A stretch of DNA of 64,000 nt from Minisyncoccota bacterium (GCA_023140255.1 JAGLLX010000010.1:19774-83773); one strand, 5' to 3'; positions 19,459-29,664 are shown, numbered from the stretch's first letter. Translations and numbers: made by a program. Notes: generated from the sequence alone by a model not told the origin.

Positions 19459-20748
19459 ATGTTTTCTTATTCTTTAAAAAATAAATTGATATTTACTATT
19501 GTTGGTATAGTTTCTGTTTTAGGGTTAATTGCTACCTATACGGTTTTTTCATATTCTAAAAATATCTTATACGAAAACGAAAAAGAATCTCTCCTTTTAA
19601 TAGCAACTGAACAAGCTCAACAAGTTTCAATACTATTAAAACAATCTACTGATTTATCTGAAATCATTTCTCAACAAGAATTTATTTTAGATTATCTAAA
19701 TGATTCTGAAAAAGAATTTCAAGATTTAAAAATTCTGGAGAAACTTAAAACATACAATATAAATAATATTTATTCCTCTATTTATTTAATGGACTTAAAA
19801 GGAACTACGTTAGTTTCCACTGCTGAATCATTTGTATCAAAAAATTATTCATTTAGAGAATATTTTAAAGGAGCTCTTCAAGGAGAAAATTTTACTGATA
19901 TTTCTGTTGGAGCAACTTCAAAAGAATTAGGTTATTATTTTTCTACTCCTGTTAGGAATACAAAGTCTAAGATTATAGGAGTCTTAGTTTTAAAAATGAA
20001 ACCAGAAGTTATAGATAATTTAATTATTAATCCTTATATTGAAAGTAACCGTAATAAATTAGATCTATTAGCTGTAATAGACAATCATAGTGTAATTTTC
20101 CATTCAAATCATGAAAATCAATTATTCAAAAGTATCGCTGATCTTAACCCTTTAGTTTTATCAGAAATATCTGAGCAACAAAGATTTGCTGATTACAAAA
20201 TAAGTCCTTTAAACTATAGTATTACGTTAGAAGAAATTAAAGAAGCTGAAAAATTTTTATCAACAAAAATCTTTAATAAAATATCAAAAGAAAATTTCTT
20301 ATTAAATATCGTTAAGATACAAGGTTATCCCTTTTGTATGGTAGTTATAGAAAATGAAAATAAATTAATTACCTCAGCTCTAGATATTTCCTATAACTTA
20401 GGAATTTTTGTATTACTTTCTGTTATCTTAGCATCGTTTTTTGTTAATTTTATAGTAAGAAACCTTACAAAACCTTTAATTGAATTAAATAGTGTAGTTA
20501 AAAAAGCAAGTGATGGAGACTTAGGACAAAGAGTTTTAATTAGTTCAAAAGATGATATCGGAATTTTAGGAAATAACTTTAATAAATTAATAGAAAAATT
20601 ACAAAAAAACTTAAAAGAAGTTGAGGCAAAAGTTTCCCTAAGAACTAAACAATTAGAAAAAACAAACCAAGCCATGACAGGAAGAGAACTAAAAATGATT
20701 GAATTAAAAAAAGAAATGAATGAATTAAAAAATAAAGAGAAATTATAA
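19459..20748 (+). CDS. dCache-HAMP membrane sensor without catalytic output domain
   Basis: TM-Cache (YSFREYF)-TM-HAMP (DDIGILGNNFN), ending in coiled coil GRELKMIELKKE. Confidence 0.8.
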   Translation: MFSYSLKNKLIFTIVGIVSVLGLIATYTVFSYSKNILYENEKESLLLIATEQAQQVSILLKQSTDLSEIISQQEFILDYLNDSEKEFQDLKILEKLKTYNINNIYSSIYLMDLKGTTLVSTAESFVSKNYSFREYFKGALQGENFTDISVGATSKELGYYFSTPVRNTKSKIIGVLVLKMKPEVIDNLIINPYIESNRNKLDLLAVIDNHSVIFHSNHENQLFKSIADLNPLVLSEISEQQRFADYKISPLNYSITLEEIKEAEKFLSTKIFNKISKENFLLNIVKIQGYPFCMVVIENENKLITSALDISYNLGIFVLLSVILASFFVNFIVRNLTKPLIELNSVVKKASDGDLGQRVLISSKDDIGILGNNFNKLIEKLQKNLKEVEAKVSLRTKQLEKTNQAMTGRELKMIELKKEMNELKNKEKL

Positions 20749-20768
20749 ATTAAGACCAAAAAATAATT

Positions 20769-21188
20769 ATGTTATTAAATTGGAAAAAAGAATATAGTGT
20801 AAATGTTAAAGAAATAGATGCACAACATAAAAAACTTATTGAAATGATAAACGAGCTTTATGAAATTATAAATAATAAAAACGAAAATCTACAAAAAGAG
20901 TTTACTAGAGTAGTAGGTGAACTAGAAGAGTATAAAAATTATCATTTTTCTACTGAAGAAAAATATTTTCATCAATTTAATTATGAAAATACAGAGGACC
21001 ATATAGCAAAACATATTGCATTTGGGAAAAAAATAGAAGAATTTAAAGAACATTTATCTAACCCTAATGAAAATTATCCGCAAATTTGCTTTGATTTATT
21101 AGATTATTTGGAAGATTGGTTTTTTGCACACCTAATAGGTGATGATAAAAAATATACTAAAACATTTAATGAAAATGGACTTTTTTAA
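20769..21188 (+). CDS. Bacteriohemerythrin
   Basis: WKKEYSVNVKEIDAQHKKL, HFSTEE, HIAKH and W..AHLIGDD di-iron ligands. Confidence 0.93.
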   Translation: MLLNWKKEYSVNVKEIDAQHKKLIEMINELYEIINNKNENLQKEFTRVVGELEEYKNYHFSTEEKYFHQFNYENTEDHIAKHIAFGKKIEEFKEHLSNPNENYPQICFDLLDYLEDWFFAHLIGDDKKYTKTFNENGLF

Positions 21189-21191
21189 AAA

Positions 21192-21358
21192 ATGAATCCT
21201 GTTAGATGTTTAGAGAAAATAATAAATTTATTTAAATATAAAAACGGGACCAAAAACATTATTAGTTTAATTTAAAATTATTTACTTTTTGTAAATTATG
21301 AGGGACTTGTCCCGTTAGAGATAATTTACTAGAGGTAAATTATCTCTAACGGGATGAA
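21192..21358 (+). mobile_element. Start-codon-associated inverted-repeat element, copy A (composite)
   Basis: ATGAA-tcctgttaga...tctctaacggg-ATGAA; contains a perfect 20-bp-arm hairpin at 21310-21354. Confidence 0.7.
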
Positions 21359-23615
21359 AATAAAAACAAAAATAATTTTACCAATAATTTTAGTGGCTGT
21401 AATTGTATTATCAACAGCAACTTTTTATTCATATTTTTTTAATGTCAATACTTTAAATACATCAATTGGGGAACACCTAAATACAACTGTGTCTTCAAGG
21501 TCTCATCATATTGATACTTTTATAGAAGAATTAATAGGAAAAATAAAAATAGCAGCCACGCAAGAAAACTTGACCAACGAAAAACTAGAAAAAATAAAAA
21601 ATTCTAACAGAGAATTTTCAGAAGTGTTCTTGGTAAATCTTGATAAAAAAATAATTAAATCTTCAAGACAAGAGTCTATAGGCTTAGATTGTTCTATTAA
21701 TGATTATCTTGTTAATAAAAAAGATAATGTTTATATGAGAGATGCTTATATTTCTAAAATAAACGAAGAACCATCCATTGCTATTGCTATTTCTCACAAC
21801 AAAGACATATTAATCATTAGGATTAATTTGGAAATTTTAAATGATGTGACTACAAACAAAACAGGATTAGGAAATACTGGTGAAGTATATTTAATTAATA
21901 GTGCTGGGTATACCATTACTCCCCTACAATTTAGTGAAGACACTTTTTTGAAAACAAAAATAGAATCTAAAAATGCTAAGAGTTGTTTAGACACACTAAA
22001 AAACGAAACTGAACATACTGAATATAGAGGAGGGTCTGCAATATATACAAATTATAAAAAAATTGAAGTTATGGGCTCTTACCATCCCTTAAGTATAATG
22101 AACTGGTGTATCTTAGCTGAAATTGATAAATCAGAAGCATTAGCTCCAACAAAAAACTTATTAAAATTCTCTATTATAAGAATTTTGATTATCTTATTTA
22201 TATTTTTTATACTTACTTATTTGATAGCCAGAACTATTAGCAAGCCAATTATTATATTAAGCCAAGGGACAAAAATAATTAAGAACGGTAACTTAGACCA
22301 CAAGGTTGGAACCAATTCAAAAGATGAAATTGGAAGTTTATCAAGAGATTTTGATGAAATGACCGTTGCAATTAAAAAATCACAAATAGAAATTGACAAA
22401 AAAGTTAAAGAGCAGACAAGGGAAATAATAGAAAAACAAAAAGATATTGAAAATCAACAAGAAGCTATCCTAAATGTACTAGAAGATGTAGAAAATGAAA
22501 AAAAGAAAACAGAAATTGAACGAGATAAAATAGACGCTATTCTTCATAGTATTGGTGATGGAGTTTTTGTAGTTGATAAAGATAAAAAAATTACTATTTT
22601 TAATAATATTGCTGAACAAATATCAGGATTTAACAAAGAAGATGTGTTAGGAAAAAACTATCTAGATATTTTGAAATTTATTCATGAAAAAGACAGAACT
22701 CCTAATAATGATTTTATTGAAAAAGCTTTTTCTTTAGGGAAAATTCAAATGATGAAGAACCATACTTTACTTATTAAAAAAGATAAAAGTGAAGTTCCTG
22801 TAGCCGACAGTTCTGCTCCAATAAAAGATAGTGCTGGAAATATAATTGGATGTATCGTTGTTTTCAGAGACGCGACAGCTGAAAGAAAAGCTGAACAAAT
22901 AAAATCAGATTTCGTGTCTATCGCCTCTCACCAACTAAGAACTCCTTTAACGGGAATTCAGTGGGTAACAGAAAGACTGTTAAAACATTCAACTGCTTTG
23001 CCAGAAAAAGAGCAGCAATATATTAAAGATATTAACCTTTCTTCCAAAAGACTATCCACCCTTGTAGACAGTCTATTAAATGTTTCTAGAATTGAAGGAG
23101 GAAAAATAACTATAAAGCCTGAAAAAATAGAGTTGATTGATTTTATTAAAAGCTATCTAACAGAGACTAATCCTTTAACAGAAGCAAAAAATATTAGTTT
23201 AAAATTTAATACACACCCAGAAAATTTAGAAATATTGACTGATCGTTCAGGTATAAGAAATATTGTTCAGTCCTTAGTCTCCAATGCGATTGAATACACA
23301 CCTGAAAATGGAAATATAGAAGTTTCTGTTGAGGACAATGTAGAAAAAGATTCTTTCTTGTTTAAAATAAAAGATACAGGGATAGGAATTCCTTCGAAAA
23401 ACCAAGCCACTATTTTTGATAAATTTACTCGAGGAGAAAATGCCCAGCAAGTTAAAACTGATGGAACAGGATTCGGATTATACATTACAAAACAAACAGT
23501 TGATTTATTAGGCGGAAAAATAAGATTTGAATCTATTGAAAACGAAGGAACAACTTTCTTTGTAACCTTACCTAAAATATCCAAAGCTAAAGAAGGCGGA
23601 AAAAGTTTTGTATAA
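21354..23615 (+). CDS. Sensor histidine kinase (Cache-HAMP-PAS-HisKA-HATPase)
   Basis: ASHQLRTPL H-box; NAIEY, DTGIGI and GTGFGL motifs; PAS SIGDGVFVVD. Confidence 0.95.
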   Translation: MKIKTKIILPIILVAVIVLSTATFYSYFFNVNTLNTSIGEHLNTTVSSRSHHIDTFIEELIGKIKIAATQENLTNEKLEKIKNSNREFSEVFLVNLDKKIIKSSRQESIGLDCSINDYLVNKKDNVYMRDAYISKINEEPSIAIAISHNKDILIIRINLEILNDVTTNKTGLGNTGEVYLINSAGYTITPLQFSEDTFLKTKIESKNAKSCLDTLKNETEHTEYRGGSAIYTNYKKIEVMGSYHPLSIMNWCILAEIDKSEALAPTKNLLKFSIIRILIILFIFFILTYLIARTISKPIIILSQGTKIIKNGNLDHKVGTNSKDEIGSLSRDFDEMTVAIKKSQIEIDKKVKEQTREIIEKQKDIENQQEAILNVLEDVENEKKKTEIERDKIDAILHSIGDGVFVVDKDKKITIFNNIAEQISGFNKEDVLGKNYLDILKFIHEKDRTPNNDFIEKAFSLGKIQMMKNHTLLIKKDKSEVPVADSSAPIKDSAGNIIGCIVVFRDATAERKAEQIKSDFVSIASHQLRTPLTGIQWVTERLLKHSTALPEKEQQYIKDINLSSKRLSTLVDSLLNVSRIEGGKITIKPEKIELIDFIKSYLTETNPLTEAKNISLKFNTHPENLEILTDRSGIRNIVQSLVSNAIEYTPENGNIEVSVEDNVEKDSFLFKIKDTGIGIPSKNQATIFDKFTRGENAQQVKTDGTGFGLYITKQTVDLLGGKIRFESIENEGTTFFVTLPKISKAKEGGKSFV

Positions 23616-23669
23616 TAAAAAGAATAAATTTGATATAATATTAACAATTATTAATTAAAGAAAAATAAC

Positions 23670-24083
23670 ATGGCAGATATAAAAATAGTATTAGTGGAAG
23701 ATGATGAAATCTTATCTAAAGTAATTAAAGAAGAGCTAGAAGAAGCTGATTTTAAAGTTTATTTAGCTACTGACGGAGAAAAAGGCCTTGAATTGGCTCA
23801 GGAGAAAAAACCTGATTTAGTTTTATTAGATTTAATGCTTCCAAAAATGCACGGATTTGAGGTTTTAGAAAATCTTAAGAAATCACCTGAAACTGAAGAC
23901 ACTCCAGTTATAATTTTAACTATGTTAGGATCTGATGATGATATTAAAAAAGGACTTAAATTAGGAGCAAGTGATTATATTGTTAAATCACAACATGCTG
24001 TAGGAGAAATAATAGACGAAGTAAAGAAGTTCTTTGCAAATGAAAGCCACCCAGAACAAAATAAAATAAAAGAAAAAAAATAA
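23670..24083 (+). CDS. Single-domain response regulator (receiver)
   Basis: VEDD, LLDLMLP and GASDYIVK motifs. Confidence 0.93.
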   Translation: MADIKIVLVEDDEILSKVIKEELEEADFKVYLATDGEKGLELAQEKKPDLVLLDLMLPKMHGFEVLENLKKSPETEDTPVIILTMLGSDDDIKKGLKLGASDYIVKSQHAVGEIIDEVKKFFANESHPEQNKIKEKK

Positions 24084-24116
24084 GTTAAATTTTTTTTCTT
24101 TTATATTTTACTTTTT

Positions 24117-26567
24117 ATGATGTTTTTTAAAAAAATTATAATAATATCTATATTTTTTTTATTAAGTTTTTTTCCTATTGTCAAAATATTTGCTGATACA
24201 ACAACTTATAATTTTTCAGGAGTGAATACAGGGAACGATGGAATAAACGAAAATCCAATTGTCATAGAACACGATTCTGATATTTTTCCATGGACAACCT
24301 TGGCTGAACAAAATGATTCAGCTAATCCCACTGACGTTGAATATGTGAATATATCTACAGATAATACATCTCAATGGGCAACTGACGACCCTGGGAGAAA
24401 GGATGAAATGGCAATAACTTATAAATTTTTTATTCAAGAAACTATAAGTGATATTTCTAATATTCAGATAAAATGGAACGGAAATACAGACGGGACTTCC
24501 TCCAGTAATCATTCTGTTTGGTTAAGAAAAGACGGCCTAGATGAATTCGGAGGAATAAATACTTGGGTGCAACTAGGGACTTCTCTCTCTATTCCTCAAG
24601 ATATTGATACTGATTTAATTAGAAATTTAACTACTGATTTTGCTACTTATATTAATGCTTCTACAGGACAATTTGAATTTGTTATTACAACAGATAGAGA
24701 ATCAGAAGATATGCGGACAAATTATATTGAAATTATTACTACTTATACTGTAATCCCTCCAGCTGACACAACTCCTCCATCAGCAATTTTAGATTTAAGT
24801 TCTTCAAACGCAACAACTAATTCAATTGATTTATCTTGGACAGCCGTTGGAGATGACAACTTAACGGGATTAGCCTCAAGTTATGATATTAGATATGCAA
24901 TTTCTCCAATTACAGAATCAAATTGGTCTTCTGCTACTCAAGTTTCTGGAGAACCTTCTCCTTCTATAGGAGGGTCTTCTGAATTAATGACTGTTTCGGG
25001 ACTTAACTCTAATACTACATATTATTTCGCAATTAAGACTTCTGATGAGGTTCCTAATGAATCAATAATTTCCAACGTTCCATCAGAAACAACAAACACA
25101 ATTCCACCTATTCCTGACACTACCCCACCATCTGATATTTCAGACTTAGCAAGTTTTGGAGCAACAACTAGTTCAATTGAATTAAATTGGACAGCCGTTG
25201 GAGATGACAACTTAACGGGATTAGCCTCAAGTTATGATATTAGATATGCAATTTCTCCAATTACAGAATCAAATTGGTCTTCTGCTACTCAAGTTTCTGG
25301 AGAACCTTCTCCTTCTATAGGAGGGTCTTCTGAATTAATGACTGTTTCGGGACTAAACCCAGATACTCTTTATCACTTTGCAATTAAAAGTTCTGACGAA
25401 GTCCCCAACGAATCAGAGATTTCAAATGCAACCAGTCTTAGCACAGATGACACTCCTCTAGTTTCAGATACTACCCCACCATCTGATATCTCTGACCTAA
25501 GCCCTTCAAACGCAACAACTAATTCAATTGATTTATCTTGGACAGCCGTTGGAGATGACAACTTAACGGGATTAGCCTCAAGTTATGATGTCAGATATTC
25601 AACAACTGCTGTTACAGAATCTAGTTGGTCTTCTGCTACCTTAGCTATTGGGGAGCCCAATCCATCTTCCCCAGGAAGTTCTGAATCTTTTAGTATTACA
25701 AATATTCCTTCTGAGACTACATATTATTTTGCCATTAAAACTTCCGATGAATCAAATAATCAATCAACAATTTCGAATATTCCTTCTTTAAGTACTTTAG
25801 CAGAATCCAGTGTATCTATTCCTACAAATGTATCAGGAGGAGTCTCCGCAACTAGTGTAATTTTTTCCGGACTAGCTTATCCTAATAGTAAAATTATAGT
25901 AAGGTTCAAAGACTCAGTTAACCCTCTTTATAATAATGTTCCTCTTTCAACTTATTCAATTTCTAGTTCTGGAGAATTTTATGTAAGCTACGCAGCTTTA
26001 CTAAGTGGAGCATATTTTTTCACTCTACAAGCACAAGATAAAGACAACCAAAAAACAGATGTTCTTTCTTTCAATGTAGATTTTCGTACAGATAAAAAGT
26101 TAATGGTAGAAGATATTTTCTTTAGTCCAACTATAAGTTTTAATCAAGATTTATTACGTTTAAGTGATGCTTTAGAAATTCATGGATATTCATCCCCAAA
26201 TTCCAAAATAAAATTAGAAATAGATGATATAATATTAAATGAAACTATTTCTGATAAAATTGGTTATTATTCATTTGAATTCAGCCCCGGAGATTTTACC
26301 TTAGGAGTTCATTACGCTAGAGTTAGCCAAAACAAAGATGATAGAGAAAGCAATTACACTTCTCCACGAAGTTTTAAAGTAACTTCTTTAACATACCCTC
26401 GAGCAGATTTTAATAGAGATAATTCCGTTGATGTTACTGATTGGAGTGTTTTCTTATACCGCTGGGGAGATATGGAAAATAATTTACGAAATGAAATTGA
26501 CTTAGACTCTAATGGGATAATTGACATTGGTGACTTTAGTATATTTTTAAAAGCAATTAAATTATAA
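24117..26567 (+). CDS. Secreted protein with three FN3 repeats and a C-terminal dockerin-like domain
   Basis: Signal peptide; 3x DTTPP..LSWTAVGDD..YDIRY..YFAIK; ADFNRDNSVDVTD/DLDSNGIIDIGD EF-hand-like pair. Confidence 0.85.
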   Translation: MMFFKKIIIISIFFLLSFFPIVKIFADTTTYNFSGVNTGNDGINENPIVIEHDSDIFPWTTLAEQNDSANPTDVEYVNISTDNTSQWATDDPGRKDEMAITYKFFIQETISDISNIQIKWNGNTDGTSSSNHSVWLRKDGLDEFGGINTWVQLGTSLSIPQDIDTDLIRNLTTDFATYINASTGQFEFVITTDRESEDMRTNYIEIITTYTVIPPADTTPPSAILDLSSSNATTNSIDLSWTAVGDDNLTGLASSYDIRYAISPITESNWSSATQVSGEPSPSIGGSSELMTVSGLNSNTTYYFAIKTSDEVPNESIISNVPSETTNTIPPIPDTTPPSDISDLASFGATTSSIELNWTAVGDDNLTGLASSYDIRYAISPITESNWSSATQVSGEPSPSIGGSSELMTVSGLNPDTLYHFAIKSSDEVPNESEISNATSLSTDDTPLVSDTTPPSDISDLSPSNATTNSIDLSWTAVGDDNLTGLASSYDVRYSTTAVTESSWSSATLAIGEPNPSSPGSSESFSITNIPSETTYYFAIKTSDESNNQSTISNIPSLSTLAESSVSIPTNVSGGVSATSVIFSGLAYPNSKIIVRFKDSVNPLYNNVPLSTYSISSSGEFYVSYAALLSGAYFFTLQAQDKDNQKTDVLSFNVDFRTDKKLMVEDIFFSPTISFNQDLLRLSDALEIHGYSSPNSKIKLEIDDIILNETISDKIGYYSFEFSPGDFTLGVHYARVSQNKDDRESNYTSPRSFKVTSLTYPRADFNRDNSVDVTDWSVFLYRWGDMENNLRNEIDLDSNGIIDIGDFSIFLKAIKL
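24836..25354 (+). repeat. Identical 168-bp intragenic repeat (24836-25003 = 25187-25354)
   Basis: Direct comparison; 24802-24887 also equals 25504-25589. Confidence 0.85.
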
Positions 26568-26631
26568 TTTAAACATTAACTTAACATCATTTTTATTACA
26601 AATTAATTAATAACAAATCTTCTATATTATT

Positions 26632-28362
26632 ATGAAAAAAATATTTTTCTCCATCATATTTGCCACAGTCTTGCTTGTTTCTGCAAACATAACAGAAGCA
26701 GCTACTTTATATCTCTTGCCTGAATATAAAAACATTGATATTGGACAAGAATTTTTTGTAGATGTTAAAGTTAATTCTGAAAACGACTTCATCAATGCCG
26801 TTCAATCAACTATTTCTTTTCCTTCTAACATTATTGAAATAGTGGATGTAAGTAAACACAATTCTGTTTTTAATTTTTGGATAGATGAACCTGATGTAGA
26901 AGAAAATAAAATAATCTTCATAGGAGGGACTGCTAAAGGAGTTTCGGGAGACTCTTTGCAAGTACTCCGTATATTGTGTAAATCTATTGGTGCTGGAACA
27001 GCTAGTATAGACATATCGGAATCAGTCATAACTGCTAATGATGGAAAAGGAACTAATATTTTATCTACTATAGAAAAAACAGATATTGAAGTCGGTACAG
27101 CAACAATTACATCTAATAATTCTGTAAAAACAAAACCAGAAGAAATTCCTATAATTATCCCTCAAGAAATACAAAGAGAAGCTGTTTTTGCCTCTGACGC
27201 TCCTGAAAAACCAATTGTGAGTGTTCCTTTATATCCTGACCAAGAACTTTGGTATAACCACCAAGGAGAAACTATTGTTTTATGGGAGGTGCCTGATGAT
27301 ATTACTAAAGTAGCAGTTTCCTTAAATTCTAACCCTAATTCAGAACTCAATACTTCAGAAGATGGACTATTCACAGGGAAGACTTTTGGAGTATTAGATG
27401 AAGGAATTTACTTTGCACATGTTCAGTTTAAAAACAACAAAGGCTGGGGAGAAATTACTCATTATAAAATATCTCTAGATACCAGTTCACCGATAGCTTT
27501 TGAAGCAAATATTAGTTCTTTTGCCTCTACTGATCCTATTCCTGAAATAAGTTTTATTAATCAAGACACTTTGTCTGGGTTTTCTCATGCATTAATATTC
27601 ATAGACGGAGAAAAAGTATTAAAAACAGAAGAATCTAAAATATTACTCCCTGCTCAAAAACCAGGTTCACATCTTTTGGTAGTACAAATTTTTGATAAAG
27701 CAGGAAATAGTATAGAAGATGATTTAAATTTTGAAATAATTCCATTGAAAATTCCTAGTGTGAGTTTCTTTACTGACAAAATTTCTCAAGGAGAAAATAT
27801 TTTTGTTTCAGGAACTTCCATTTCTAATTCCTTTGTTGATATTAAAATACAAAGAGAAGATATAATAGAATTTTTAGGGTCTACAGAAGTAGATAATACA
27901 GGGAAATGGAGTTTAGTGATTGATAAATTACTAGCCAAAGGAAATTATACTTTCAGTGTTTCTGCACGAAATCAACAAGGAGCCATTAGTTTTAATAGTG
28001 AAATTACTGAAATTAGAGTAACAGCTCCAACTATTTTATCTATTGGTTTAATTGACTTAGGATGGTTTGATATTTTTATTATAATTATTCTACTTCTAGT
28101 AATAGGCGGAAGTATAGGAACTTGGTATTATTTCTCTCAAAAAGAAATGGAGGAGGCTTATAAAATTATAGATAACAGAGATGTAAAAAAAATGAGTAAA
28201 TTACTAAATGATGATATAATTTTAATAGAGAAAGAAGTTAAAAGTGAAAAGAAAATACCAGCTAAAACCAAATCCTCAATAAAATCTAAGATAACTAAAA
28301 TAAAGACAAATATTAAAAAGATGGATAAGTATTTAGGTATTGAAATTAGTAAATCAAAATAA
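26632..28362 (+). CDS. Cohesin-domain / Ig-like surface protein with C-terminal TM
   Basis: INAVQSTISFP, SVFNFWIDEP and ANDGKGT cohesin-like motifs; TM near the C-terminus. Confidence 0.8.
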   Translation: MKKIFFSIIFATVLLVSANITEAATLYLLPEYKNIDIGQEFFVDVKVNSENDFINAVQSTISFPSNIIEIVDVSKHNSVFNFWIDEPDVEENKIIFIGGTAKGVSGDSLQVLRILCKSIGAGTASIDISESVITANDGKGTNILSTIEKTDIEVGTATITSNNSVKTKPEEIPIIIPQEIQREAVFASDAPEKPIVSVPLYPDQELWYNHQGETIVLWEVPDDITKVAVSLNSNPNSELNTSEDGLFTGKTFGVLDEGIYFAHVQFKNNKGWGEITHYKISLDTSSPIAFEANISSFASTDPIPEISFINQDTLSGFSHALIFIDGEKVLKTEESKILLPAQKPGSHLLVVQIFDKAGNSIEDDLNFEIIPLKIPSVSFFTDKISQGENIFVSGTSISNSFVDIKIQREDIIEFLGSTEVDNTGKWSLVIDKLLAKGNYTFSVSARNQQGAISFNSEITEIRVTAPTILSIGLIDLGWFDIFIIIILLLVIGGSIGTWYYFSQKEMEEAYKIIDNRDVKKMSKLLNDDIILIEKEVKSEKKIPAKTKSSIKSKITKIKTNIKKMDKYLGIEISKSK

Positions 28363-28395
28363 AAAAATTAATAATTTAAAAAAATATTACATACC

Positions 28396-28770
28396 ATGGA
28401 AAAATCAGTATTAATTATAGAAGATGAAAAAATTTTATCTAATACGATAAAAGATGAATTAGAAGATGAAGGGTTAGTTGTGTTACAAGCTTTTGATGGA
28501 GAAGAAGGTTTAAAAATGACAAAAGAAGTTAAGCCTGACATTATTTTATTAGATATAATAATGCCTAAACTTGATGGAATAGAAACCTTAAAAGCAATAA
28601 AAGCTGATTCAACAATAAAAAATATCCCCGTCGTTATCTTAACAGTTCATGGTGATTTAGAAAAAATAACTAATACTATTGCGCTGGGAGCAAAAGCATA
28701 TTTTATTAAAGACCAACAAAGTCCTTCTGAAATAAGCGCCGCTATTAAAAATATTTTACATATTTCTTAA
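28396..28770 (+). CDS. Single-domain response regulator (receiver)
   Basis: IEDE, LLDIIMP and GAKAYFIK motifs. Confidence 0.92.
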   Translation: MEKSVLIIEDEKILSNTIKDELEDEGLVVLQAFDGEEGLKMTKEVKPDIILLDIIMPKLDGIETLKAIKADSTIKNIPVVILTVHGDLEKITNTIALGAKAYFIKDQQSPSEISAAIKNILHIS

Positions 28771-28778
28771 TATCTAAA

Positions 28779-28820
28779 AATTAAAAGAGCGACGAGCTTT
28801 AGCTCGTCGCTCTTTTAATT
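28779..28820. terminator. Bidirectional terminator
   Basis: aattaaaagagcgacgagct-tt-agctcgtcgctcttttaatt. Confidence 0.8.
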
Positions 28821-28836
28821 TAAAATCTTATTGTTG

Positions 28837-29664
28837 CTACTGTTGATTTAAAAAACCTTTTGCTTTCTTTAATTGGTCTTTAATCATACTGTCTAAAGGT
28901 TTAAATCCGTTCGCAGGTTTAGGTTTCTCTAAAAGATCACAGCTATCATCCCATTCTTCTTCCCAAGGTTGTAGACACGCTTCTTTAGCTTCACACCAAA
29001 GATAACCTGCTGATCCAATACAACCATGTTCATCTTTGTCTCCTCCAACTCTTTGTTCTTCACGAACTTCTTTTATATCCTCTCTTACATTTGCAACATC
29101 TTCTCTTCTGTCTTTATTTAATTCAGCTAATTCTTCTTTAGCTTCTTCGTCTCCGTCTTTAATTTTTTGAATTAAACCAGCTCTTTCCTCGTTAAATTCT
29201 TGTATTTTTTGCTTTCGTTCTTCTATCTTAGCCTTTTGTTCAGTTAATCTTTCCTGAAGCTTTTCTGCAACTTCTGATTTTTTAGCCTCTGCTTTTTCTA
29301 CAAATGATTCTGCTTTTGCAATCATTCGTTCAGCTTTTGCCTGAGCCTCTTCTGTATCAGCACTCTGGGCAAAAGCTTCAGCTAACTCCATTCTTCTATC
29401 AGCAAAAGCTAAGGCCTTTTCTACTCTTTTTTCTGGATTAAAAGTAAAAGTCATAGAAAAACTTTCTTTTACCCCTATCCACCATAAACCTATATTTGAA
29501 GGAACTTTAACCTCTTCTAATTCTTCTTCTAATATTAATTCTGGTACAGGCATACCTTCATCATAAACTACAGGATCAACTGGCATTTCATCTTCAGCTT
29601 GAACTGTTATAGCCCCTAAAAAAGCCATAGAAAAAATCATTGTGTATAATAATATTTTTTTCAT
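28837..29664 (-). CDS. Secreted coiled-coil protein (DUF5667-like) with a GGDKDEHGCIGSAGYLWC Cys module
   Basis: Signal peptide; FTFNPEKRVEKALAFADRRMELA; small Cys-rich module near the C-terminus. Confidence 0.75.
   Translation of the reverse strand: MKKILLYTMIFSMAFLGAITVQAEDEMPVDPVVYDEGMPVPELILEEELEEVKVPSNIGLWWIGVKESFSMTFTFNPEKRVEKALAFADRRMELAEAFAQSADTEEAQAKAERMIAKAESFVEKAEAKKSEVAEKLQERLTEQKAKIEERKQKIQEFNEERAGLIQKIKDGDEEAKEELAELNKDRREDVANVREDIKEVREEQRVGGDKDEHGCIGSAGYLWCEAKEACLQPWEEEWDDSCDLLEKPKPANGFKPLDSMIKDQLKKAKGFLNQQ

Noticed and set aside
24861-24870. taacgggat matches inside the FN3 gene resembling the start-codon element end
   Set aside because: Short match within the coding repeat (NLTGL) with no partner inverted end or ATGAA duplication.
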